Source: Tubulanus polymorphus
Taxonomy: Eukaryota > Animalia > Nemertea
Length of the DNA stretch: 64,000 nt
Direction: 5' to 3'
Assembly (NCBI RefSeq): GCF_964204645.1
Contig: NC_134030.1
Location: 18,002,210-18,066,209, forward strand
Shown here: positions 20,068-32,700 of the stretch, one piece after another
Layout: every line of letters begins with the position of its first letter
Numbering within the stretch: position 1 is the first letter of the stretch
Notes under the pieces: model-generated
Told to the model about the DNA's origin: nothing
Database searches by the model: none
The model's input: only the letters and a program-made list of their open reading frames with translations
Made by a program: the position numbers and the translations under genes

Positions 20068-21780
20068 ACTACTATCTCGAAGTTTCATTTTCGGACTTTT
20101 TATTATCATTGTGGGATTCTCTCCTCATCGCGTCAACACGGATATTGTGTTTTACCTATCGTGGACATACCAACTGTTAGAAAAATGTACCGATTTTTTA
20201 TTTTTAGACTACTACTGAATCTATAAAAGGAGGAGTCATAGACAAAGTTGATTTGCTTAGCTGGAGACACTTCTTGTCAAGTACATCATCTCAAGTACTG
20301 GGTGTTTTGTAAGTTTAATTTCATTATTTATTTTCAAAGTGCTGTTCCCTCGGACCTCAGTGCTTTCAAACTAGGCCCCACATAGGCTATATAGTTCAGG
20401 GTGTATTAGCCACTATTCTTTTATTTCCTACTTAAATGCACCTTTTTCTATTTTTAGACTCGGGCTTAGAATGTGCAAATTTTTTGAGATACTGAGAAAT
20501 CAGCTGGCACCAGTAAACTTCAACTGCGAAATTTGCAGCAGGATAGCTGAACGACACAATTTTTTTAAAAATAAAATGGCTATTCGAATGCTATTTCAAT
20601 AATAACTTGATTCAACCAGATAGAAATAAGTCAATTGCCGATGTACAGTCCACCCACTTTTCTTCCCTGTTATCCTGGTACCAAATTTTTAGTCTTAAGC
20701 TAAGCGATATTCTAAGGTATGCTAGTGGATTTCATTAGGATATGAAGCAATGGAATTAGAATTCTAGCCCGAGTTAAGCGAACTATTGATTCTGATATAA
20801 TGTAAGAACTGATTTCCTTTGTGTACTCTTGCACAATGTGTTATGTATTATTTCAAGCTGTTAAATAGTATAGTTAGACAAACGTCCGATTATTGGGTCT
20901 TTCTTGTTGACTCGTTTTTTGAGTTTAGAGTTCCAGTCAATCCACAATGTGCAGTGCCTAGCCTTCATCTACACTAAAGCCAAGCCTGTGTATGGGAAAA
21001 TGTCGTTCGACTCCTATAAGCCAGACAAATCAAAGCATGCAATACATTGCAGATAGTAGTCTCCAGCAAGTCGAAAGAGAAAGTAATCCAGGTTTTACCC
21101 CGTAGCCTCACCGGGAACAAAGACACTTAAAGACTCCTTCCTCCTTGTAGAAATTGTAGAAACATGTCACCCAATCGTAGCAATGCTAAGTACAGTATAC
21201 TATGACGGTTAAACCTTTATTAACGAATTTCAATGACACGGAAAATAGAATCAAAATAATCATAAGCACAGCTAGCACTTAATTTGAGTTATCAGGTTCA
21301 GCCTAACTGAACTTTCATTCAGCTACTCCTTGTATGAGACTTGGCAATGATAAGTTGCTAGAAATCACCAAACATTAGAAAAAGAATTGTGAATTAATAT
21401 TACTATAATTAAGAATTTATTCAAATGAAGTGATAACTTCATTGTTAGATCGTACCGGTATATGCACATAAAACTATGGCAAAAACACATCTGACGACCC
21501 ACGCAATCCGCAATCGATCTAGTCGAAAATGGCGACGACCTTAAGGCATGTCTCTGTAACCGAAGGTAGAGTATAAAACACGAAAGAGGATTTGGCAGCG
21601 GACACCGGCCCGGAAAATATTTCAAAACGTGTATCGTCGGTACCTAGCACGATTTCAGCGTTTTTTGGGAATTCCCTGAAATTTCGGCGTTTTTCGGAAA
21701 TTTCCTGAAATTTCAGCGTTTTTATTTCAGCGTTTCAGCTTTTCAGTGTTTCAGCTTTTTCAGCGAAGTTCAGGAACCGT

Positions 21781-22240
21781 AAGAAATATTCTCTGGTGAA
21801 ATATAACGGGTATGATGATAAATTTAATGAATGGATATTATCTAGTAAAATTAAAAGATAATTAGATTATTGTATTAAAATAGCAATTGATATTTATAAA
21901 GGATCAAATACATTATTTATCATAGATGATAGTGCTAATTTACATGATTCAAAAATTAGAGAAAGTGAACTATGTTATCTAGCTTTCTCTGAGAGACATT
22001 TTGGGATTACAACGTGGGTTTTAAATCAAAAATATAAATCAATTGTGAAAGATTATAGAGAGAATATAAATTTTTAGTTTTATTCTACACTAAAGATAGA
22101 AAATCTATGCAAAAATCATTGGAAGAAAATCAAATTATACCTACTGAATTACATGATGAATATATGAATAAATTAAAAAGGAATAAAGGTTCCAAATTAT
22201 TACTGAGACTACAATTTCCCAATGAATATAAATTTATAAA
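21781..22240 (+). pseudogene. Relic of a related virus: integrase chromodomain end fused by deletion to the C-terminal half of the packaging ATPase
   Basis: KKYSLVKYNGYDDKFNEWILSSKIK, then LDYCIKIAIDIYKGSNTLFIIDDSANLHDSKIRESELCYLAFSERHFGITTWVLNQKY. Homologous to 8457-8534 and 8765-9151. Confidence 0.9.
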
Positions 22241-22271
22241 ATAAAATTAGAATAATTTAAATTATTTCAAA

Positions 22272-22815
22272 TTAATACCCCGTTGTGTCTTTATTGTCTT
22301 TAGTACTTTTAGTACATAAAGAATATATCTTTATTTTATTAGTATTTAGAAAAAAATATATGTATAATTTTTATATATAATAAATCTATGATATTTTTCA
22401 TTATTGGAACAGTAATATATAAAATCTATCAGATGAATAAATATTATTATCATTATCTATCAGATGAAACAGTAATATATAGAAATCTGTGAAATAAATA
22501 TTATATCATTATCATATCAAATATATAATCTGTGAGATTAATAAATATTATATTATACAAATTTTTTATTAGTCTTAACTAAATTAAGATTTAATATATA
22601 AAATATATATATACTTTTTTTCATTTTTATTTTTTTCAAGTACTAATAAAATAAAGATATATTCTTTATGTACTGAAACTACTAAGACTACTAAGGAGAT
22701 AAAGACATAGATGGGTATTATGATTTTTATTTTTCAAGTACTAATGATATAAAGATATATTATTTATACTAAAAGTACTAGAACGACTAAAGACATAAAG
22801 ACACAGGGGGTATTA
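22272..22815. repeat. AT-rich inverted/tandem repeat block downstream of the relic ATPase
   Basis: 22311-22344 is a perfect 34-bp reverse complement of 22641-22674. A third related arm lies at about 22730-22815. Confidence 0.8.
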
Positions 22816-22830
22816 TATTCATATTGAAAA

Positions 22831-23412
22831 TTACTTTTCTGATTCTAATTCTAACCACAATTTGAGCCATTCATTTCTTAATTCAAATGATTTTCTATTG
22901 CCTTCACCTAATTGTTTGGATTGATAACTATCAATAGATCTCAAACCCTTAGCATTCAATTCATAATTCAAATCAATATATCTATCCAATCTTCGCTCAT
23001 ACTTTCATATTCTTTTTTTGCATCATTTTTAATTTCATTTATAACATCTTGTGAAAAATCTTCATAACTGTAATATTGAATTATTTCATCAAAATTATCA
23101 CTTTTATCATCATAATAATCATTAGCAGCAAACTTTTTCAATTCTGGCAAAAAATCTCTCATTTTAAATTTTATGAAATAAAGCATACCTGAATAATCAC
23201 CTGGAAATGTATCTATATCTGTCCAATGAGTTTTTAGATCTGATAATACTTCTTTTGGATTATTTCTTACACAATCGATAAAAATTGATCTATATAATTT
23301 CCTATGATTATCGTTTTCGATATCAAAAAATACAGTTGGTACTCTATAAAGACGTTTTGAATCAATAGCTTTTATTGTAACTAAGGTTTTTGAAGTTAAG
23401 AGAGTTGGGGCG
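22831..23412 (-). pseudogene. Truncated, frameshifted AT-rich viral-like gene
   Basis: Open frame APTLLTSK...EDWIDIL continues after a frameshift as NYELNAKGLRSID...WLELESEK*. Composition matches the viral relic. Confidence 0.5.
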
Positions 23413-25324
23413 ATTAAGCAAAAAATTATGTAACACAAAGAAGAAAAATAAAGAAGAAGTGTGGTCGTAAAGAAGACTTGTTTCAACTTATATTCACTCA
23501 AGAAAGAAGATAGCTGAGGATAAATAGACAAGCCGGTCAACATCATTAGTGAAAGGAGTCACACACCAACTATTTAGAAGGACTCCGTACCACAACATGT
23601 TCAATTGATTCATGTAGTGATATGTTTGACAGTCAAAGTGGTCCCATCTAAAAAAGCATACAAGTCGAGGAACAGAGTCATTGCCCATTGAGACAATGTC
23701 AGAATTCGTATTCAAACAAGTCTTCATTTGCCAGTCACTTATCAAGGAAACATCGTCGTCCGTGGAAACATTCACCACATAAAGGAAAGTCTTGACATAG
23801 CCACAAATATCGATGATATGCAGCCAATAGAAATTGATGATAATGATCACAATGAGCTCCCCAAGATAACTTTAACTTTAAGTAAACGCCCGCAGGTGCC
23901 ATCAAGCACCAATCAGATAATAGTTGACAACGAAATTCTTAAATATGAATGAACACAATAAGATTTATTCTGTGCCTGTAATTTTTTATTTCATGAGTCC
24001 TACATCAATGTGTACCTCTTAGGTACATATAAGTCAGTTAGTTCACAGCCATGGCACTTTAACTCAACAATATGAAACTTGAAAAAAGTAGTCACATTTA
24101 ATGTCGATGCAAATTCTTTGACCCTCGTTGCCACGCAATCTATCATCATCACTTTCTGAGGGGATCATACCGTCATCATCATCTAAATTAATGGCTCGGG
24201 CTACGTCCGCTGCAGTCAGGCGACTGGAGGAACTGAAAAGTGTAAGCAAAATGGGTAAATTTTATAATATATTAGCAGTGCAACAGGCCCAGCATCCATA
24301 TACACACTAATGCCAAGATATATAGGGAAATAACATCATATAACTTATTTACAGTAGTTACAACACAAGTGACTGTACTGCATAATGGTCACTCCAGTAA
24401 CTTTTTTTTTAATATGCCACAAAAACACAGAAATCAATAATCAATATCAAACTTCACATTAATTGTGTGCTAGAACTTATGTTTTATCTGATTTATTAGT
24501 ATATCTTTGTTATAGGCCTTTGGGAGCAACATACTTTACAAAAGTATTGTGTCAGACACCTCACTCACCTTCGTCTCCTGGGGGCTGCAATATTGGCAAA
24601 AAACTAAACTGTCATCTACTTTCGCATATAACGAAGCTTAAATGGTCACTAAAATAACCAAAATGAATTGGGACTACACAAGTCCCAATTTAGGTCACAG
24701 GCGGGGCTAAACCTGAATGGTTACTACAGTAACCCATATGCGATGAAGGGTAATGGAGTTATAAAACCATATACATAAACCATCACGCACTTTTTCGGAC
24801 AAAACGATGGAGTGGGAAGGCCTGTGGGCCTAAGTGTCTACATTTAGTGACGAATCTTTAGTAGGCTTTTCGACTGATAAGGACCAGTAGTAAGGTCATT
24901 GAAGTTATTATTAATCTCGTTGACATTGATAATCGCGAGACAACGACTAAGTGTTTGATCATCGCAATCCTCAGTGAAATCGAAATAGTTATCGGTAGCG
25001 GTCAAATTGGAATCAATCATTGTTTTGATTCATTCATTCATTCAAACGTAAAAATACTCTAAAATACTCTAAAACCAACCAATGAGGATAAATTTTGTTA
25101 GGTTTTTTATCCAGATTTCGTATTATTAATTATTATTAATTATTACTATATAATAATCATAACAAGAAAATTAATTTTGATAAGTTATTTGACGCCTGCA
25201 AAAAAATGTAGAATTTTTGGGATAAGCTAATGTGGAATTGCAAATTTGAAATCGAAATTTGGGGAATTATGAGATTTGGCGATTGGGTAGGTGATACGAG
25301 GCCCCCAGCGTTCTACTCAGGGGT

Positions 25325-25407
25325 GAGAGGGAGAGGGAGAGGGAGATGGAGAGGGAGAGGGAGAGGGAGAGGGAGAGGGAGAGCGAGAGGGAGAGGGAGA
25401 GGGAGAG
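25325..25407. repeat. (GAGGGA)n microsatellite
   Basis: Seen directly. Confidence 0.95.
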
Positions 25408-25942
25408 CTTTTTCAAACCAACACAGACGAATATTTGCACGAGGCCTCCGGTAGATGTCGCTATACCTCAAAAAGATATTTAAGGCCTTTTGTAAAAATT
25501 CAGAAATCCACACGACCCGATCCCAACAGGGATAAGGGTTTGTTTGACACATCCCAATGAACTCACTATTCCAAATTGCGCGTCGAACTTTAATTTCAAA
25601 CGCCGATAAAATATGATTATATATCACGGATTTCATTAGACAATATTTAAAAAGCCGCCATACTAATCCAGAGGTGGAAATTTAATTTACATTTATCATC
25701 AAAAGCCACTAACATGTGCTGCCAAAACGACTTCTATAAAGTGAGAACGATTTTGTTTAATATCGTGTCAACACACGTCAAACGAAGAACTCTGTTCGAG
25801 TGTATCCTCACTTAACGAAGTAAGTGAAGCTATAGACGACAAGCTCAAATATTTCATTTCATAGTTACATGTAGATGTTACTCCGTAGATGTTATATACT
25901 TGTTATTTCGGTAAATCTAATTGAATCATTTATTTCATCAGA

Positions 25943-26350
25943 ATGTTTACTAAAACTCTTTTCATCGCGCTGGCCTTGTTTATGGTCATCGGAGCCGTCG
26001 CGGCAACTGAGGGTAGGCTTTGATAATTAAATCGATTCTGTTTTAAATATGCATTTCTAACTCTGCGAACATAAACTTAAGTTCATGCTATGAAGGCTAA
26101 ATTGTCATAGGAATAAGAGTAAAGATCCTGTTCACCCATTTCACGTGCACTGTTCGCATACCATATTTTGTCCATCAAACGGCAGTCAACCCTTACTTTT
26201 TGCTCGAGGCCAATACTCGGGATTCGAACCTGCTTGTTTCGGATCGGGTTGATTGTAATAAGACCGAGCTTATTTACAGGTGTGCGAAAGGTGAAGAGAG
26301 GAACCACGTGTTGGTGGGGTCCAAGAAAGGGTGTATATTACTTCTTCGAT
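25943..26350 (+). pseudogene. Secreted prepropeptide gene with an APETx/BDS-like mature N-terminus, C-terminus lost (exons 25943-26012 and 26280-~26350)
   Basis: Spliced through a phase-1 GT-AG intron: MFTKTLFIALALFMVIGAVAATE-G-VRKVKR-GTTCWWGPRKGVYYFFDY. Confidence 0.6.
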
Positions 26351-26928
26351 TACTACTATACCAATACAAAATTGCTACACGCTTCTTCAACTAAAAGCGC
26401 CACATATTGGGCATCATTTTCATCAGTACAAGATGAACAATCGATATTTCATATTCATTTTCATGAATTCTTATTTTTGTAGTTTACATATTCCATTTAT
26501 TTTGTAACATATCTATTTCTTTATTAAATATGTCTGACACCATGTGTTTTGATGAGCAGACATCAAGTCTGGCTAAGTATTGTTTAAATCTCAGAATAGC
26601 TACTGAGCCAGAACAGCCAATTATCACAAATTCACTAATTACTGGCATGTTTAGTTTGAACCTAGTAACGGGCAAACTCGGTGTTGAAAACAATGCCTGA
26701 CCAATCAAATTGTAAATCTAATATATATTTACTTTTACTTTTTATCAAACCTAGCAGTTTTAGTAAATGATTAATTAAATTCGATTTTTGGCCATTTTGA
26801 TCTTATATGAATACGTATTTGTAACTATAATAATCTGTTGTATTTTTAAAATGCTTGTAATAATTCTATAATCATGTAGACACTCTGGTTTTGGACTCCG
26901 ACAAATAAGGATCATAATCAAATAATAT

Positions 26929-26932
<4 letters not shown>

Positions 26933-27005
<73 letters not shown>
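26933..27005. repeat. (TA)n microsatellite
   Basis: Seen directly. Confidence 0.98.
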
Positions 27006-27009
<4 letters not shown>

Positions 27010-29759
27010 CTATCTTCTTGGATATTACTGGTTTTTCAGGTTGTTCGCTCTCACCACGCTTAGTTACCCCCACAAATAGATATCGCACAGTTTTGTCATG
27101 TTATACTACTTTGAGAAGCCGAATTGTTGTAATAAGGCTTTGGGGATACGTTGTTATTAACACAGCAGCTGGAGAGATGTGCAGATATTGAATAAACACG
27201 ATATATTTGTGACATTCAATGAGTTGAATAGAAACAGTCAACCTGCCACTTAAAATACAGCACATTTTTATGTTTTTTTCTTTCTTTTTTCTGTCAACAA
27301 GCGGCGTGTGTCAGTCATTGCAAGCATTCATACAAATTGGTGCCCCGGGTTCGAATCCACTCATTTTCCGAGCTGACGAATGGTGGATAAACGGCCAGAG
27401 ATGCTACGGGTTTGAACACAGTCGGAGTGATACTGCTGACTAGCTCGGTTGCCGAACAGAAGACAAGCAGGGTGACCCAAGTTCAAATCAAGTATACCAC
27501 GATAGTTCAAATGCTCCACCCCTAGCGCACCTCAATTCAGAGGACAAGTTAACACAATCAATTTTCATCAACCAATAAGTTTGGAACAAGCCGGGACAAG
27601 CGATGGTACAAATCCCAGGCGCACAAACAAGTGACAATAGTGGAAGTGGAAGTTTGGAATGGCGAACCGATCACATTTATATCACGTCATTAATATATTA
27701 AGGAATAATGATACATCTAATAATATTTATTCACAGTCCGTTACATACAATAATTCAACTGATTTTAGAAATTCACGATGTTACGAAAATTGGACAAATA
27801 ACACGATGGTAGAATTAAACATAAGACAGTGAGCTGATATTTCAAACACAATGAAAAAATATAGCTGCATAGCAGCGATAACGGGTTTCTGCTAACGGGC
27901 TTCTTCCTCTGTTTTTGTAGCGTACGAAGATTTCTTCGAAATAATTCTAGCCCATAACATATGACTATTGCCAAGAAGCGCAACCTGTGTCAACATTATG
28001 CTGGATATGTGGATATTAGGAGTCCATTTGTCAAAGCATCGAAGCAATACAGTCCAACCTGTTTATGTCTCAGATGGAGCGCGCGGGCCAGGGCCGTCAT
28101 TATATTGCTGACTTATCCAAATTGCACTTACACAGCGCAACGTTTTTTAGTGTGTAAACTCCATCGTACTCAGCGTTACAGGACCGTGAGGAATTGAATT
28201 TTAGCCACCTGAGCCCTTGGCTTGATTCGAGCAAAATACCTTAAATGACTTCACAGAATTTGATTATGAGTCTAGGATTTTCTAAATTTTTGAAGAATGC
28301 TTTCTCTGGTTTTGAGATCAATTGAAATTCACTCCTGAATACATTAGTAAAAAATTATTCAAATAGATTCTTAATTTATTGAAAGAAATTCTACTGAACA
28401 CAGATTTTGAAATAAATTATGTGTCGATTGATCCAGACGAAGTAATTACAGCTAAATCAACTGACAGTCAACATGGTGGAGCTTTCATTTATCTACGGAT
28501 AATTTGTCTACCCCTGATGATACAAGCTTTTTGGCTACACCTTTTGAAACATCAACGCCTGATCTAATCGCACCAATTAGTCAGCCACAATCGATTTTCA
28601 TGCCATCTGACCACATTCCACCTGTAATTAAGCAATGAAATGTAATAATTACTCGGTTATATAATATCATAGAGGAGTGAAAGAAAGTATAATAACTGAT
28701 TACTTATCCAAATATTGTAAACATGGCAACTGAAAAAATAACAATTACATGAAACGTCACGTACTTACAGCATCTGAGACAGTTGCGCTTAAGTTACGAC
28801 AATGACGAAAAAGCTTGATTTGGAACGTACACTTGCACACTGTGGTTTAAATTTATTTCCACCAGCTGCAAGAATCGGCAAAGGATTGAAGACCGTAGTG
28901 ACCAGTTCATTCCACGAATTATAGCTGGAAAGAAAGTAATCGAAATAAATAGTCGTACACATAAGTCTAAACCAGCCCCTTACTAACAACTTAGGCTTTC
29001 CATTGTCTCTATTCACTACATTTAGGGCTTATTCTAGGTGTATCCCCCCAAAAAAGCTAGGTTAAGTAGCTAGACCAACAATGATCATTGCTTCACCGAG
29101 TACTCATTTGCTACCATATGTACTAATATTATAAAGAAATCATGTAAAACATTCCCTGGTAAACGGATTCTCACCTTAAATTACGTAATAACTGCTGTCG
29201 TTGTCATCGATCTGAGTCGTCGAGTGAACGCGGAAGTAAATTTCAGTATGAAGATTCTTACCATTTCTGTCCATATTACGTTGAATCGAGCCAGAAATCT
29301 TCAGGAAATGTAGCCAACGTAAATTGATTTACAAATAGAATTAACCAATTGACTCATTTTAAGGATCATGGTTTCGTGAAATTCATTAAGGTCCTAAAAC
29401 TCGCGATAAATTCAAGCCGAAAATGATTTCAACCATCCGCCATGTTTCATTCATAAGACACTTATTACGCACCAGCTGTAGTTATCGTTCGTGGGAAATG
29501 ACGAATCCGGACTAATTGTAAGTCCGATTCCGTGATTTACGGTTGACTCAAGATCGTGCGGTAAGTTTTAGGCCTTTCGGGGTGCACTTTTATCAACGGA
29601 TTCTTTGCGTTATTCTTGTCTCTGTTTATACCCGGTAATTATGCGGGATTAATTCATAATAGATTACTATACGCAAATTCGAAATGGTCAGACAAAGATA
29701 ATGAGACAAAGTTATATATTTTTTACTTCATGTAATAATTGTTTTTTATTATATGGAAA

Positions 29760-32700
29760 TTAGATAGTCAGGGTAATATTTCCAACCGGTTCACAAATCC
29801 CGCAGTACCCGCCACATTTACCAGATGCTTTCCTGCGATTGTCAGCATTAATGCTAGCCTGACTTATTGGACGCCAACCAGCTGCCTTCCATTTCGTCTA
29901 CAAAATAAAAATCATCGTTGAAATTTTACCAAACCTGCATTCTTATCAACAGATCCGTACACTGTTTACTGTTATGTACATGACTTATACTATGAAATTG
30001 CTCAGCTAAAAAAGCGAAGTGCGTTTCTACTCAATGATTTGATTTTGCATTATTATTCCAGAGGTTTTGAACGGTGCGTTGATAGTTGTTATTCCCACGG
30101 GGAAACACTGCAATATCAGAACATCGAAATGTGTTTCTTTCAAGAAGATTGCACCAATCAACTCACGTCAAAACGAAAAAAAACTATATTCACACATTTT
30201 TGAGTTATCAACAAACATGTCGTTTTTAAATGATTTTCAATTTAAGTTAATCCTATCAACTAGATGTATCAAAAATATGCATTTGATACATGTATGTATA
30301 TGGATATATATTATTTTAGTGAACGTGAGAGTGAATGTTGTTTTAGTTTAGCTTTGGGAAGGGTAGGGTAGGGTTAGAGAGGGTAAAAATATAACAAGAA
30401 AAATAATTTTAATAAATTATTTGACGCCTGCGAAAAAAGAAATGTACTTAGAATTTCTGGGATAAGCAATGTGGAATTGCAAATTTGAAATCGAAGTTTT
30501 CAGAAATTTGGGAATTATGAGATTGGGCGATTGGGTAGATGATACAGGTCTTCGACTGGTCTAATTAAAAAACATTGTCATCTTGCGCCGACTACGATTC
30601 ACTTTTGCCTCTAAGCTTGTCTGCAACTACATTGCCTCCATGGTTGAAGACAGAGCTCTTCTGATGTCTGCTTCATCATGACTTCGAGCATATCGTGTAA
30701 CCAGCCGGCGGCCCGGTCCCCGGGGCCCGGTTTGGTTGTCACTCGATATCCTAGTCTTGAGTCTGGGATGAAGTAGTTATTGTCATTTGAATAACTTATT
30801 TATGTTAAGTTGTAACTTTATTGAATTTGGGAATTTTATCCCGGAATTTCAATGTAATAATTATCAATAAAGAATTGAATTGAATTGTCACCTAATACAC
30901 ATGCCATCAGTGGACGCGGAGCCGTATATGACAGCTTTGCTATTATAAATTGCTAATCTCATGAAACCTGCATACCCCTAATATCGAACATATTTTCTAA
31001 AACATTTGAATATTGAATTTATATGTTTACACTTTTGTATATTGACCGCTTGTAGCCGCCGATGAAATTCACGCCGGCCCTACACAGATCGTAGATAGCT
31101 TCGTCATTCCACCAGCATCCCCATGTCAGGGTCTGACTTTCATATCAGACTTCCAAATCGTGTATACATCCGCCATTTGACCGAATGATCCGATTTACTT
31201 ATCATTTCTATATATGCCTGCCGCTTCTGATATAATCATACATCCTTTACTATTACAATACGTCTTCTCGTGATATTCAATGCAATATGACATTTTGACG
31301 TTCAAATAGAGGTCATTATATAATCACAGGAAGCCATTCTACATCTTTGTCAATAATATTTTGCAAATAGCTTGTATGTGTATATAAAGACCTGTGACGT
31401 TTTGCACATCGATTTACGGCTGTCGTTTGTAAAATGACGCTGAATGGTTAACATTGTTTAGGTTTCATAATGGTAACGTTTTATAAGGCGTCAAAAAATG
31501 GAAATATACATTTAAAGCCTTTATATAGCTATTTCCCAATCCCGATAACTTAGGCTGCCAAACATCAACCCCAATCTGTGGTTTGCCTATTCAGGCTGGT
31601 TAGAAGATTGTTTACGTGTGTACTTCAAGTTAAACTAAAATTCTGAAAATTCGACCGCCGATCACCCGACTGTATCTGCACCGAAATAACTTACCGCGAT
31701 TGTATCGAATTCGAAACTAGTTCCGGTCAAATCTAATGCGAATCCACCAGATATTTTTCCAACTCCAACGCAACCACCTCCCTGACCAAATGGAATTTTT
31801 ACTGGTCCTGTAGGTGTTGAATATGTGTAATCGTTACCTATTACATGGAGAGTCTGAAAAAAAACGTGAATATATATACTTGTATACATAATCTTTTTAG
31901 GATTTACTGGACATATGAATTTTCGTATCTATCGTCAAAGCACAAAATAATACAAGATTTATAAATCATGATGATGAACAGAAGACGCGCGTCTGGAACC
32001 TGAAGCTGTAATCCAGGACATCCATGTTACACTACTAATGATTTAGTACTTTACGCGTCCACACCATCGTAGAGTGCGCTTGAGAATAGTTTTTCCCGAT
32101 GGTGGTTCTTTGATTTCCAAGATTTTTATATTGTTTTTAAATTTCGCTATTTCGCAATATATGAGCATGATTAATTTCAAACTTGACGACGATAATCTAA
32201 CTCGGTGTGGGCGAGTGGTTAACGCGTTCGACTCTGGGAATCCAGGTTGAACCCCGTGCATAACCATTGTGCCTCCGGGCAAGACACATACCCTCATTGC
32301 TTCTCTCCACCCAGGAAGAAAGACACTCTAAATATTTGGATGGATATATGAAAGTTGTGGGTACTGGAGTGTGTAATGGGTAGTGTAGTGTGATCTGTGT
32401 GCATTTGTGGCCAGCACACAGATCACATTGTTCAATGGGGTTTGGTCCAGGACTCGCGAGATTTTCAACAACACGGAAGTAACGTGTAATAAATGATGAC
32501 TTGAATTGCATGACTACCTACCACCCCTCATTATTGTTGGAAAACTAAACGTTCGGCACTGACTAAAAATTAGTAATAACATTTTAGAAATGCCCAGAAT
32601 TTTAACTTAGGTTCTATCTCATTTTTATTTTACAATTACGATTGGTATAAATTTTTTTAAACGGCCGTTAAGGCTTCATGTTTCGTCTGCAATTCACTGC

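Larger units (their letters stand above)
18645..20163 (+). mobile_element. 5'-truncated Penelope-like retroelement with pseudo-LTR and 14-bp TSD
   Basis: TSD GACATACCAACTGT at 18631-18644 and 20164-20177. An inverted copy of the pLTR segment 20097-20127 lies at 18644-18674. Confidence 0.92.
17921..21779. mobile_element. Non-autonomous DNA transposon with TIRs of about 200-235 bp, hosting a Penelope insertion
   Basis: 17921-18116 (CGGTTCCTGAACTTCGCTGAAAAAGC...) is inverted at 21546-21779. Confidence 0.8.

Noticed and set aside
25230-25636. RG-repeat and LP-repeat ORFs
   Set aside because: They are translations of the (GAGGGA)n microsatellite.
31040-31275. Cys/Trp-containing minus-strand stretch (TWGCWWNDEAIYDLCRAG) in the GON gene intron as a nested peptide gene
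   Set aside because: It has stops and frame breaks, no clear splice sites or signal peptide, and no family I can recognise.
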